From the sequence record SRR20825006_1812: a stretch of DNA of 46,126 nucleotides; one strand, given 5' to 3'. Position numbers and translations under genes: made by a program. A model generated the notes under the pieces. That model was given only the letters and a program-made list of their open reading frames with translations. It was not told the DNA's origin and searched no databases. Positions 29,023 to 39,500 of the stretch are shown here, in pieces (the first letter of the stretch is position 1; every line of letters starts with the position of its first letter).

Positions 29023-31158
29023 CTAACTAGAGTATTTTTTAATCAAAACATTCAGAATTTCTGCCGCAGCTTTAGGAATAACTGTTCCTGGGCCAAAAAT
29101 AGCAGTAACTCCTGCGTTGTACAAAAAATCATAATCTTGTTGCGGAATTACCCCGCCTGCAATTACGAGAATATCTTCTCGGTCGTGCTTTTTTAGCTCT
29201 GCTATTACTTGAGGTACAAGTGTTTTATGCCCAGCTGCAAGGCTTGAAACTCCCAAAATATGCACATCATTTTCAACGGCTTGTCGTGCTGCTTCTTCTG
29301 GCGTCTGGAAAAGTGGACCAATATCTACATCAAAGCCAAGGTCGGCAAAACTGGTTGAGATTACCTTTGCTCCACGATCGTGGCCATCTTGCCCCATTTT
29401 TGCTACCATAATTCTCGGACGGCGCCCATCAAGGTCGGCAAATTTGTCGGCTAGTTTCTGTGCATTTTTAAAATTTTCGTTGTTCGATGATTCTGAGGAA
29501 TACACGCCAGATATAGATTTTATAGTTGCTTTATATCGTCCGAAGACTTTTTCCATAGCATAGGAAATCTCTCCCAAACTAGCACGTTTTCTTGCGGCTT
29601 CAACAGCAAGGGCTAATAAATTGCCTTCGCCAGATTTTGCAGCCTCAGTAATAGCATCTAAAGAAGCTTGTGTTTGCGCCTCATTCCTTTCTGCTTTCAT
29701 TTTATTAAGACGTTCAATCTGGGATTTCCGAACTTTATCGTTATCCACTTCTAGAATGTCGAAAGTCTCTTTTTCGTCGGTCTGGAATTTGTTAACACCA
29801 ACAATGGTGTCCTTTCCAGAGTCAATTCGCGCCTGTTTTCTTGCAGCAGCTTCTTCGATGCGCATTTTAGGCAGACCAGTTTCGATAGCTTTTGCCATTC
29901 CTCCAAGTTCTTCAACTTCTTGGATAAGTTCCCAAGCTCGATTGGCAATCTGATCGGTTAAATATTCTACATAATAGGACCCAGCCCAAGGATCAACCGC
30001 TTTGGTAATGGAAGTTTCGTGCTGAAGATAAAGCTGTGTGTTTCTCGCAATTCGTGCCGAGAAATCGGTGGGTAACGCAATAGCTTCATCAAGTGCGTTA
30101 GTGTGAAGTGATTGCGTATGACCAAGTGCAGCGGCCATTGCCTCAATACAAGTTCTAGCAACGTTGTTAAAAGGATCTTGCTCCGTAAGGCTCCATCCGG
30201 ATGTCTGGCAATGTGTTCGTAACGACATGGATTTGTCATTTTTGGGATTGAACGACTTCACGATTTTGGCCCAGAGCAAACGACCTGCTCTCATCTTGGC
30301 AATTTCCATAAAATGGTTCATTCCAATTGCCCAGAAAAAAGATAGTCGAGGCGCAAATTGGTCGATATCCATTCCTGCTGCAATTCCCGTACGGATGTAT
30401 TCAAGTCCATCGGCAAGAGTATAAGCGAGCTCTATGTCTGCGGTTGCACCCGCTTCTTGCATATGATAGCCGCTAATGCTAATTGAGTTAAAACGTGGCA
30501 TATTTTGGGCAGAATATTCAAAAATATCGCCAATAATTTTCATGGAAGGCAATGGCGGATAGATGTAAGTATTCCTCACCATAAACTCTTTTAGAATGTC
30601 ATTCTGGATAGTTCCGTTTAATAACTCTGGAGCAACTCCTTGTTCTTCCGCAGCAACTATGTAGAATGCTAAAATTGGAATTACAGCGCCGTTCATTGTC
30701 ATGGAAACGGACATTTTATCGAGTGGGATTTGGTCGAAAAGAATCTTCATATCCTCTACAGAGTCGATAGCAACGCCCGCTTTACCTACATCGCCCGTTA
30801 CTCGTTCATGATCAGAATCGTAGCCACGGTGAGTTGCTAAATCGAAAGCAACTGAAAGGCCTTTTTGCCCCGCCGCTAAATTCCTTCTATAAAAGGCATT
30901 AGACTCTTCGGCAGTAGAAAATCCCGCATATTGACGAATAGTCCATGGACGAACAGCATACATCGTAGAATATGGTCCTCGTAAATAAGGTGGAATGCCA
31001 GCAACAAAATCTAAGTGCTCTAGTTTTGAGATGTCTTTGGCAGAGAAATGCTTTTTAACAGAAATTTTTTCCGGAGTCTCCCAAACTTCAGAGCTTTCTA
31101 GTGTACTCTTTTTAGAATTTTGTGGCGAGAAGGGAATATTTGAAAAATCTTTTTTCAT
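29023..31158 (-). CDS. scpA: Methylmalonyl-CoA mutase, large (catalytic) subunit
   Basis: [29 protein letters not shown]12-binding [10 protein letters not shown]. Confidence 0.97.
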   Translation of the reverse strand: MKKDFSNIPFSPQNSKKSTLESSEVWETPEKISVKKHFSAKDISKLEHLDFVAGIPPYLRGPYSTMYAVRPWTIRQYAGFSTAEESNAFYRRNLAAGQKGLSVAFDLATHRGYDSDHERVTGDVGKAGVAIDSVEDMKILFDQIPLDKMSVSMTMNGAVIPILAFYIVAAEEQGVAPELLNGTIQNDILKEFMVRNTYIYPPLPSMKIIGDIFEYSAQNMPRFNSISISGYHMQEAGATADIELAYTLADGLEYIRTGIAAGMDIDQFAPRLSFFWAIGMNHFMEIAKMRAGRLLWAKIVKSFNPKNDKSMSLRTHCQTSGWSLTEQDPFNNVARTCIEAMAAALGHTQSLHTNALDEAIALPTDFSARIARNTQLYLQHETSITKAVDPWAGSYYVEYLTDQIANRAWELIQEVEELGGMAKAIETGLPKMRIEEAAARKQARIDSGKDTIVGVNKFQTDEKETFDILEVDNDKVRKSQIERLNKMKAERNEAQTQASLDAITEAAKSGEGNLLALAVEAARKRASLGEISYAMEKVFGRYKATIKSISGVYSSESSNNENFKNAQKLADKFADLDGRRPRIMVAKMGQDGHDRGAKVISTSFADLGFDVDIGPLFQTPEEAARQAVENDVHILGVSSLAAGHKTLVPQVIAELKKHDREDILVIAGGVIPQQDYDFLYNAGVTAIFGPGTVIPKAAAEILNVLIKKYSS

Positions 31159-32558
31159 GATAAAGCCTCCATTTCAAATGCTTCCGCAATTCGGAGTGTC
31201 GAAATCGTTTCTATGGATTCGCTGTTTTTAGAGCTTGGTGTTTCAACCTCTTTTTTAGGAAGTGGGGTTCTTATCTCTTCATTTTTCACAGGATGTTTGT
31301 TTACCCCAATTAAAACCAACTCGCCATTTTTAGAAGCTTCAATTCTAGCTTGTTGAGCGACTTTTACTCGTTTTTGAACCCAGCCTTTTTTGATGGCTTC
31401 ATAAAAGCCACCTACGCGTTCAATTTCTTGGAAAACAATCCAAGCTTCTTCCGCAAGTTGATTTGTGAGATGCTCGATATAATAAGAGCCCGCACCAGGA
31501 TCGGCGACCTTATCAAAATAAGCTTCCTCTTTTAGGATAAGCTGAATGTTACGAGCCACTCTATCCGAAAAGGAATTCTCTTCATTATAAACCTCATCGA
31601 AAGGAGTAATTGTAATGACATTTGCCCTGCCAATTGCAGCCGACATCGCCTCCGTTGTTGTGCGAAGAATATTATTATGTGGATCTTTCAGAGAGAAATT
31701 AATTTGAGATGTTTCAGCATGGATATATGCGGGATGTTCTGTAGATAAGTCGGATTTATAGGCATCTAATACCTGAGACCAAAGCAATCGAAAGGCGCGT
31801 AGCTTAGATATTTCTAGGAAATAGTCGGATGAAACTGCAAAGCTAAAATGAATGTGTTTTGCGGGTTGCTCAGGAGAATCTTCCAATCCTAAATATTCAT
31901 TACCTGCTGCAAGTGCAAAAGCGAGTTGGTCTACCATCGTTGCTCCAGCATCACCATAAAATTTCGCGTTAATACAGAAAGAATCGAAAATAGTACTGGT
32001 GTTTAAATCTGACTTGGAGAGTAATTTCCCAGTTCTTAACCCATCTGCAAAAGGGTCGGAGTTGAATTTAAAACTATATGATTGGGGGGGTAGTTTATTC
32101 TTTTCAATAAACTCTTCAAAAAGAGAGAGATGTTTTTGAGAAGATATTGAAGAACTAAAATGGATTGTTAAAATCTCTAGCATGATGCCATTCAATAAAA
32201 CTTCTAAATCGGATAGTGATGAAATCGTGCCAGATGATAAATCGAAATATAGACTCGAAGCACCATTTACTAGTGCTTGTTTTGCGAATGTATTTGCTGT
32301 GCTACAATCGTCAATTGAAATTTTTTGGCAAATATCCCATTCATTTGAAATACTATTATCTGATTGAATAAAGGAATTGCTATGGCGCTCATTGCTGTAA
32401 AAAGGGAGATGAGAAATTCCCTCCAGCGTTTGCCAGTTAAACTTTGTTCTGTAATCTACGCCTTTTAAATCGGCCGTAATTTTATTTTCCCAATCTTTGA
32501 GTGAAGGTTTAGGAAACTCTGTAAAAGAAAGCTTATTTTTCTGAAATATTGACGCCAC
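31155..32558 (-). CDS. mutA: Methylmalonyl-CoA mutase, small subunit (no C-terminal B12-like domain)
   Basis: [52 protein letters not shown]; 4-nt overlap with the large subunit gene. Confidence 0.9.
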   Translation of the reverse strand: MASIFQKNKLSFTEFPKPSLKDWENKITADLKGVDYRTKFNWQTLEGISHLPFYSNERHSNSFIQSDNSISNEWDICQKISIDDCSTANTFAKQALVNGASSLYFDLSSGTISSLSDLEVLLNGIMLEILTIHFSSSISSQKHLSLFEEFIEKNKLPPQSYSFKFNSDPFADGLRTGKLLSKSDLNTSTIFDSFCINAKFYGDAGATMVDQLAFALAAGNEYLGLEDSPEQPAKHIHFSFAVSSDYFLEISKLRAFRLLWSQVLDAYKSDLSTEHPAYIHAETSQINFSLKDPHNNILRTTTEAMSAAIGRANVITITPFDEVYNEENSFSDRVARNIQLILKEEAYFDKVADPGAGSYYIEHLTNQLAEEAWIVFQEIERVGGFYEAIKKGWVQKRVKVAQQARIEASKNGELVLIGVNKHPVKNEEIRTPLPKKEVETPSSKNSESIETISTLRIAEAFEMEALS

Positions 32559-32710
32559 GGAATTGCTAATTGGTGCATATTAATTCTCTAGAAAATAAAT
32601 AGAGGAATTGTTCTTTACTAGCTAAAAAAAGTTTCCTAGTTTAAGGAAAAGCGCTTCCAAATTGTTTATATTATTTTTTTTTAAAACCTTAAAGACCCCA
32701 GAAGATACTT

Positions 32711-33874
32711 ATGATGCAGGTTGAGCAAATAATACCACCTTTAACGCAACTCACAGAAGACGAGCAGATGCTTAAAGAGGCGACTTCAGAATTTGCAAAT
32801 ATGGCAATTAAGCCACTTGTGCACGAGATGGATGAACAAGCTAAGCTCAATCCTGGCTTGATTAAGCAATTTTTTGAAATGGGCTTAATGGGAATCGATA
32901 TCCCAGAAAAATACTCTGGCGGTGGCGGAACTTTCATGATGTCGGTAGTAGCTATTGAGCAAATATCGAGAGTGGACGCTTCGGCAGGTGTGTTTATGGA
33001 TGTTCAGAATACACTTGTAAATAATGCGTTTGTGAACTACGCATCAGAGTTTTTGAAAGAAAAATACCTTACTCAACTAGCCACTGAAAAAGTTGGAGCA
33101 TACTGTCTATCAGAAGCAGGTTCAGGTAGTGATGCTTTCGCGCTTAAATGTAAGGCTGTTGAAGATGGAGATTCTTACGTTCTTAATGGCGCCAAGCTTT
33201 GGATTACCAATGCTAATGAAGCAGATATTTTTATTGTTTTAGCGAATGTAAACCCAGAAGCTGGGTATAAAGGAATTACCGCGTTTGTTGTAGAACGTGG
33301 TTTCGAGGGATTTTCGGTTTCTAAGAAAGAGAATAAAATGGGAATCAGAGCAAGTTCAACTTGCGAGATTTTATTAGAAGATTGCCGAGTTCCAAAAGAG
33401 AATATATTGGGCGAACTTGGTAAAGGCTATAAAGTAGCTATTGAGACTTTGAATGAAGGTAGAATAGGTATTGGTGCTCAAATGGTGGGCATTGCCCAAG
33501 GAGCATTAGATGCTACATTAGCGTATGTACAAGAGCGCAAACAATTTGGTAAGACGATTGGCGAATTTCAAGGAGTTCAGTTTCAGTTAGCACGTATGGC
33601 TACAGATGTAGAAACAGCTCGACTTCTAGTTTACAATGCCGCAAGAATTAAAATGGCTGGGCAAAATTTCCTTAAAGAAGCAGCTATGGCGAAATTTTAT
33701 TCATCGGAAGTGGCTGAACGTGTCGCTTCTATGGCTATAGACCTTTTTGGAGGGAATGGCTACGTAAAAGAATATCCAGTAGAAAAATTTTACCGAGATG
33801 CTAAGATCGGTAAAATCTACGAGGGTACAACGAACATGCAACTGAGCACTATAGCAAAGTTGCTACTTCGATGA
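32711..33874 (+). CDS. Acyl-CoA dehydrogenase (short/branched-chain type)
   Basis: YCLSEAGSGSDA, KLWITN, GRIGIGAQ, RKQFG, IYEGTTNMQ. Confidence 0.93.
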   Translation: MMQVEQIIPPLTQLTEDEQMLKEATSEFANMAIKPLVHEMDEQAKLNPGLIKQFFEMGLMGIDIPEKYSGGGGTFMMSVVAIEQISRVDASAGVFMDVQNTLVNNAFVNYASEFLKEKYLTQLATEKVGAYCLSEAGSGSDAFALKCKAVEDGDSYVLNGAKLWITNANEADIFIVLANVNPEAGYKGITAFVVERGFEGFSVSKKENKMGIRASSTCEILLEDCRVPKENILGELGKGYKVAIETLNEGRIGIGAQMVGIAQGALDATLAYVQERKQFGKTIGEFQGVQFQLARMATDVETARLLVYNAARIKMAGQNFLKEAAMAKFYSSEVAERVASMAIDLFGGNGYVKEYPVEKFYRDAKIGKIYEGTTNMQLSTIAKLLLR

Positions 33875-33883
33875 GTGAGTGAG

Positions 33884-33909
33884 AAAAGGGGGGCTTCGGC
33901 CCCCTTTTT
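33884..33909. terminator. Bidirectional Rho-independent terminator
   Basis: AAAA-GGGGGGC-TTCG-GCCCCC-TTTTT with a cUUCGg tetraloop. Confidence 0.9.
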
Positions 33910-33923
33910 ATTTCTAATGGTTT

Positions 33924-34661
33924 TTATTCTGCACATCTAAAACCAATATCTTCGGCAGCAACACTTCGTAATGTCCCCAGCCTCCAATAAGTACGGTTAG
34001 TGAATTTCTTTTCTGTAAAACTCCCTCCTCGAAAAGCTCTTACAGCATCTTGTTCGTTATCGTGAAGTTGCCCTGGCATGGTGTAAAATTGGTAAAACTC
34101 ACCAACCCACTCAAACACGTTTCCAGTCATATAGTATAAGCCAATTCCATTTGGTTTTTTAAGTCCAATCTGAGCCGAAGCACCAATATCATCCAAAGTA
34201 GTTATTCCATAATGTTGAAGAGAATCTGGATTTGAGGTTCCTGCGTAAAGTTCATCCTTTCCCCCAGACCGTGCGGCGTATTCCCATTCCACTTCGCTAG
34301 GGAGTCGCATTCCATAAAATTCGCAAAACTCAACCGCTTGATCCCAGGTAACGTAAGCGGCGGCCCTGTTACCTCGCTCTAATAGTTCGGAGTCAATGAG
34401 AGGCTCTCCCTTTAAAGTTGAGTAGTAATCAAACTGTTCGTAGGTGATTTCATAGGGGCTTATTTTGAATTCCTTAACTTTCACTTTGTGTAATGGAAGT
34501 GCATCCGTATTTTCCCCTTCGAAAAAATCACCGAAAAGAAATTCTCCCCCTTTAACTTTTATAAGTTTGGGTTTGTATGGATTTCGAGGTTGTTTGAAAA
34601 TTGAACAACTCGTGAACAAGATTAAGGAAAGACTTAATAGCGTGATTTTCTTTAGAAGCAT
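33924..34661 (-). CDS. Formylglycine-generating enzyme (SUMF1/FGE-sulfatase) domain lipoprotein
   Basis: Lipobox-like FTSC, RLPSEVEWEYAAR, MTGNVFEW, RGGS, GFRC. Confidence 0.88.
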   Translation of the reverse strand: MLLKKITLLSLSLILFTSCSIFKQPRNPYKPKLIKVKGGEFLFGDFFEGENTDALPLHKVKVKEFKISPYEITYEQFDYYSTLKGEPLIDSELLERGNRAAAYVTWDQAVEFCEFYGMRLPSEVEWEYAARSGGKDELYAGTSNPDSLQHYGITTLDDIGASAQIGLKKPNGIGLYYMTGNVFEWVGEFYQFYTMPGQLHDNEQDAVRAFRGGSFTEKKFTNRTYWRLGTLRSVAAEDIGFRCAE

Positions 34662-34790
34662 ATTGAAATGTTTATTATACTACTAAGATAGTATTTATGA
34701 ATTTAATTTCCATAAAAAGGAATGAAGAAGAAGCGCTAAGAGTTTTACAAGTTGAGCAAAGCGTAAAAAAATATTTTATTAGGCAAGGTT

Positions 34791-36062
34791 TTGAAAAAGA
34801 AGAAAAACAAATTGGATTCTCAGATTAAAGAGCAGTTACAGAAATGTAGCAAGGATGAGGTCTCTCAATCAAAATTAGAAGAGTTATTTGGTGAGTTATT
34901 TTCAAAAGTAATTGAGGCCAATAAACAACTCGGGCTATTAGAAAGAGCAATTACGCGTGATTATGATTCTATATTAATTACAGATTTAGGATTGGAGAAA
35001 CCTGGCCCAAAGATTGTGTATGTAAACGACGGATTCACAAAGATGACGGGCTATACAAAAGCAGAAGTATTTGGTAAAACTCCCCGTATTTTACAAGGGC
35101 CCAAAACAGATCGACATGTACTAGATCGATTGAAACAAAGACTTATTGAGGGACAAGCTTTTTTTGGACATACGGTTAATTATAAAAAAGACGGAACTGA
35201 ATTTATAAACCAATGGGATATCCATCCTCTTACCAACGTTCATGGAGATGTTACGCATTGGGTTTCATATCAAAGTGATATTACTGACCGAGACCAATGT
35301 AATAAAGTGCTGAGCGAAGCTAAAATTGAATTCGAAATGTTGGAAGAAGACGCTGCTCGAACTTATGTAGAACTTGATGATACAGGTACTATTCTATCAA
35401 GCAGTAGATCTTTTCGAGAAGCAGTAGGACTTCATAGTGATGATTTGGTGTCGGTTAAAATTTGGGATTTAGTCTCCAAAGAGCATAAAGAAGAAGTGGA
35501 ATTTCTATTGGGTGATTTTAACCCCGAGGTAGAAAAGGAAGAGAGTTATAGGTGGAATTTTACTACTAAGAAGGGAAAATCTGTAGTATTAGTAGTATGT
35601 CTTAACTGTCGAAAAATTGAAGGAGAGACTAAAATCCAACTTCAATTCGAAAATTTGTCTTTACGCAATAAGTTGATTGAGGCACTAAAGCAAAAAACGT
35701 TGAACTTAGAAAACCTTTTAGTAAAGAGTGAAGAGTTTACTCTAAAGTTCAAAGAGTCAGACCAGAAAATAATTTGTTGCCATGTTTCTGAGCCTTTCAA
35801 AAATATAACAGGTTATGATTGTAGCCAGATCTTAGATACCGGAGTGAATGATATTCTACATCCACAGAGTAAAACTCTAGTGAAAGAGCATATATTAAAA
35901 GCATTTAATGGCGAGTTTTCAACGGCTAAATGTGTGTATATAAAGAGTGATGGATCTTTGTTGTCCGTTATTCAATCTTTTAAACCAATTAGAAACGAGT
36001 TGACCTCAGAAGTTGATATTGTAAAGTCAGTTGCTCTACTAGAGCTAGAAAAAGAGAAGTAG
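34791..36062 (+). CDS. Multi-PAS protein with LOV-like first domain and no output domain
   Basis: IVYVNDGFTKMTGY..GKTPRILQGPKTD..NYKKDGTEF..VSYQSDIT, followed by two degenerate PAS-like segments; TTG start. Confidence 0.8.
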   Translation: MKKKKNKLDSQIKEQLQKCSKDEVSQSKLEELFGELFSKVIEANKQLGLLERAITRDYDSILITDLGLEKPGPKIVYVNDGFTKMTGYTKAEVFGKTPRILQGPKTDRHVLDRLKQRLIEGQAFFGHTVNYKKDGTEFINQWDIHPLTNVHGDVTHWVSYQSDITDRDQCNKVLSEAKIEFEMLEEDAARTYVELDDTGTILSSSRSFREAVGLHSDDLVSVKIWDLVSKEHKEEVEFLLGDFNPEVEKEESYRWNFTTKKGKSVVLVVCLNCRKIEGETKIQLQFENLSLRNKLIEALKQKTLNLENLLVKSEEFTLKFKESDQKIICCHVSEPFKNITGYDCSQILDTGVNDILHPQSKTLVKEHILKAFNGEFSTAKCVYIKSDGSLLSVIQSFKPIRNELTSEVDIVKSVALLELEKEK

Positions 36063-36082
36063 TTTTATTAAACCTTCTTAAC

Positions 36083-36109
36083 AAAGCCCGTTTTTAAGCG
36101 GGCTTTTTT
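36083..36109 (+). terminator. Rho-independent terminator
   Basis: AAAGCCCG/CGGGCTTT stem plus T tract. Confidence 0.85.
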
Positions 36110-36144
36110 CATTTAAAAAAACCATTGTTTTATCTTAAAGTATT

Positions 36145-36567
36145 ATGGACATAAAAAGTACGCAAGAACGCATTGTCAGGGAATTTGAATTAATGGGAGA
36201 TTGGACCGAAAGGTACAAGTATATCATTAAGCACGGTAGCAAAATGGAGGATCTGCCTGAGTCGGATAAAATTGAATCGAATTTAGTAAAAGGATGCCAA
36301 AGCCAAGTATGGCTCGCAGCTAATTACGAAAACGGTAAAATTATTTTTAGAGCGGATAGTGATGCCGCGATTACAAAAGGGTTGGTGTCACTAATGGTTC
36401 GGTTGTATTCTAATAACACTCCCGATACTATTCTAACTACAAGTCCAGAGTTTATTGACAAAATTGGTATGGCGCAGCATTTGTCGCCAACTCGAGCTAA
36501 CGGCTTATCAGCGATGGTTAAGCAGATGAAAATTTATGCAATGGCCTATAAAGCAAAAAATGAATAG
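36145..36567 (+). CDS. sufE: Fe-S cluster assembly sulfur acceptor SufE
   Basis: VKGCQSQVWL, DSDAAITKG, HLSPTRANGL. Confidence 0.93.
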   Translation: MDIKSTQERIVREFELMGDWTERYKYIIKHGSKMEDLPESDKIESNLVKGCQSQVWLAANYENGKIIFRADSDAAITKGLVSLMVRLYSNNTPDTILTTSPEFIDKIGMAQHLSPTRANGLSAMVKQMKIYAMAYKAKNE

Positions 36568-36621
36568 ACTGTTGTATTACACTCATTTAATTACGTATTT
36601 ACAAGAATAAAATTCGGGACA

Positions 36622-38454
36622 ATGACAAATAGATTAACTTTTACTGGGATTTCAGATATCGCCTTTGGAAAAGACCTTAGACGAACTGAAACTGATGGTA
36701 TAAAGAAGTCGAGTTTAACTATACTAAACTCTGTTTCTTTTTTCCTAGCGGGGGTAAGTATTCTATTTGTAATATCATTTAAAGTTGGTAATTCTTTATC
36801 TCTTACATGGTTTTTTGTTGCAGAAGCACTCGCGTTTTTATTAATCCCTCTTCTTGCTAGGCAAGGATTCACAAGCACAGCTAAATTTCTGCTTATTATC
36901 TATGTAGATGTTGGGATTATAATTCTTAGTAATAGTTTCGGGAGCGAAATTCTAATTCAGGCATTCTTTGTGCCTGCAATGGGTTTGTCTATCCTGCTGT
37001 TTGAGCAAAAGAGTGTGCACTTGCGCAATACTGCTATTCTACTCTCTATCATCTCTTATTTTGTAACAGACTTTATAAATTTTGAAGCTGTTACACTGAC
37101 AACAGATGGCGAGTCGATTATTAGATGGAGCGTATTAACAGCTTCATTTGTTACTACATGGTTAATATTCAATACCTTTTCAGATTCTAAAGAGCAGGCT
37201 GAATCTCGCACTTTAGAACTACTTGAAAAGGAGCAGTCGCTGAATAAGGAACTGAATTCAAATCAAGCTAAGCTTGAAGAGTATATTGACCAACTTGAGG
37301 TAACAAGTGCTGAGTTGGCAAAAAGTGCGAGTACTAAATCTGACTTTTTAGCAACAATGAGCCATGAAATCAGAACTCCGATGAACGCCATTTTGGGCAT
37401 GACGCATTTGTTAAAACAAGATGCTCCAAGAGAAGATCAGTTGGAATCGATTAATATTCTAGATTTTTCAGGCAAAACACTATTAGCACTTATTGATGAT
37501 GTTTTAGACTTTTCTAAGATAGAAGCAGGTAAAATAGAATTCGAGCAAGTAGAATTCGAGCTAAAAGATCTAGTAGGAACTATTACCGAAACTTTTAGAG
37601 TCACCGCTAATAATAAAGGCGTAAAACTAATTGCCGAAATAAAAGAAGATATCCCAAATGTATTAATTGGGGATCCTGCAAGGTTGACTCAAATTTTAAA
37701 CAATCTAATTAGTAACGCACTTAAGTTTACAGAAAAGGGAGAAGTTGGCTTAATAGTTACTGTTTTGGAAGATGATGGAAAACAGGCCATTATTCAGTTT
37801 AAGGTTTACGATAATGGTATTGGAATTGAAAGTGATCGATTAGAGTCTATTTTTGACAGTTTTACGCAAGCCAATAAGCAGACAAAACGACTTTTTGGTG
37901 GTACGGGGCTTGGATTAAGCATCAGTAAACAACTTACAGAATTGCAAGGTGGTAAGATTTATGCAGAAAGTGAGATTGGTGTTGGTAGTTCTTTTGCTAT
38001 TGAATTGACTTTTGGAAGAGGGGTAAGTGACGAAAAAGTAAATGCGGGTATTTATTCTGAAACGGAAGAGATAAATATAAACGGGATGAAAATTCTGCTA
38101 GCTGAAGATAATTTGGTGAATCAGAAAGTAATGAAGCGTTTCTTAGAAAGATGGAATGTAGATATGGCCATTGTTTCAAATGGGGAGGAAGCTGTAGCGG
38201 AGCTTCTGAAGAATAACTTCGATATCATTTTGATGGATTTACAAATGCCTGTGATGGATGGGTATGAAGCTGCTGCAGAAATAAGAAAAATGGACGATCC
38301 TCAAAAAAGGAAAATCCCAATTGTGGCTCTAACAGCAGCAGCCCTAAAAGAAGTTCGTGGGCAGGTTTATGCCTCAGGCATGAATGGCTACATTACAAAA
38401 CCATTCAACCCTGTAGATTTAAAAAAGAAATTGGTTGAATACACCAAAGGCTAA
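36622..38454 (+). CDS. Hybrid sensor histidine kinase/response regulator with about 6 TM helices
   Basis: FLATMSHEIRTPMN, NLISNALKFT, DNGIGI, GGTGLGL; receiver domain AEDN..MDLQMP..TKP. Confidence 0.93.
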   Translation: MTNRLTFTGISDIAFGKDLRRTETDGIKKSSLTILNSVSFFLAGVSILFVISFKVGNSLSLTWFFVAEALAFLLIPLLARQGFTSTAKFLLIIYVDVGIIILSNSFGSEILIQAFFVPAMGLSILLFEQKSVHLRNTAILLSIISYFVTDFINFEAVTLTTDGESIIRWSVLTASFVTTWLIFNTFSDSKEQAESRTLELLEKEQSLNKELNSNQAKLEEYIDQLEVTSAELAKSASTKSDFLATMSHEIRTPMNAILGMTHLLKQDAPREDQLESINILDFSGKTLLALIDDVLDFSKIEAGKIEFEQVEFELKDLVGTITETFRVTANNKGVKLIAEIKEDIPNVLIGDPARLTQILNNLISNALKFTEKGEVGLIVTVLEDDGKQAIIQFKVYDNGIGIESDRLESIFDSFTQANKQTKRLFGGTGLGLSISKQLTELQGGKIYAESEIGVGSSFAIELTFGRGVSDEKVNAGIYSETEEININGMKILLAEDNLVNQKVMKRFLERWNVDMAIVSNGEEAVAELLKNNFDIILMDLQMPVMDGYEAAAEIRKMDDPQKRKIPIVALTAAALKEVRGQVYASGMNGYITKPFNPVDLKKKLVEYTKG

Positions 38455-39074
38455 CCTCTAGGGCAACCTAGATTTTGTAGCATGATGGCTTTAACGCCGG
38501 GTGCAGTTTCTTCATCCAAATGTTCTATAACTCCTTCTTGGTCTTCTTTAGATCTATTCTGATTGAATTTAAACTTTCCTTCCAGTTTAGAGATTTCAAT
38601 TTCTAAGCCTACAATGGCTTTCAATTCTTTTTCAAAGATAGAAGCACTTTCTTTTAGGCTCCAATCTGAAGGCAGTTGACTTTCATGATAATGAGTGAGG
38701 TTTGTTACCATTTCACGTAATTCTTCAGGTTCATGAATCACCTTCGGTTTTCCGTAGGCATGTACCGTTGCGTAATTCCAAGTTGGAACTGTTTCTCTAT
38801 TCTTATACCAGCTTGGTGATATATAAGTATGTGGCCCTTGAAATACACAGAGCACTTCTTTGTTAGCGTCTAATTTTTGCCAATGTTTATTGGCCTTTGC
38901 AAAATGTGCAATTAAAGTTCCTTTTTCACCTTTTGTTGTATCTAGCAAAAATGGAAGATGTGTCGCATCAGGATCCTGTTGATGCTGACTGAATAATACC
39001 CCAAAATTATAATTACGTATTAACTCGAAAAGTATAGAAGGGTTTTCCTCTTTAAAGGAGCTTGGTGTAAACAT
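38451..39074 (-). CDS. PaiB-like FMN-binding negative transcriptional regulator family protein
   Basis: ATHLP, HFAKAN, GPHTYISPSWY, VPTWNY, KFNQNRS. Confidence 0.9.
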   Translation of the reverse strand: MFTPSSFKEENPSILFELIRNYNFGVLFSQHQQDPDATHLPFLLDTTKGEKGTLIAHFAKANKHWQKLDANKEVLCVFQGPHTYISPSWYKNRETVPTWNYATVHAYGKPKVIHEPEELREMVTNLTHYHESQLPSDWSLKESASIFEKELKAIVGLEIEISKLEGKFKFNQNRSKEDQEGVIEHLDEETAPGVKAIMLQNLGCPRG

Positions 39075-39164
39075 AATTAGATTTTTTTCTTCTTTAATAA
39101 AATTGTCCCCATCTTAAAACGGTGGGTGTTAAATAGGCAAACCTAAACTTAATGTGGAGACCAC

Positions 39165-39500
39165 ATGAACAAATATATGTTAATTCTTTTTGAACACGAA
39201 AACGCGTATGCAGAACTAACACCTGAAGAAATGCAGGCTGAAGTAGCTCTTCATGGAGCTTGGATACAAGAGCTAGGCGATAAATTTGACTCAGGGGAGC
39301 CTTTACATCAACCTGCAAAAACAGTTGTTGGGAAAGAGAAAGTAGTAACCGATGGGCCGTATATCGAGTCGAAAGAGCTGGTGAGTGGCTTTTATATTGT
39401 AAATGCCAAAAGCATGGATGAAGCCACTGAATTAGCAAAAGGCTGTCCTGTTTTGAAAATGGGTGGTAAAGTTGAAGTACGTGAGATAATGAAGTTCTGA
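39165..39500 (+). CDS. YciI / DGPF-domain protein
   Basis: VTDGPYIESKELVSGFYIV..EA..AKGCP..VEVR. Confidence 0.9.
   Translation: MNKYMLILFEHENAYAELTPEEMQAEVALHGAWIQELGDKFDSGEPLHQPAKTVVGKEKVVTDGPYIESKELVSGFYIVNAKSMDEATELAKGCPVLKMGGKVEVREIMKF

Noticed and set aside
32559..32710. Cobalamin riboswitch upstream of the mutase genes
   Set aside because: Spacer is short and AT-rich with no B12-box
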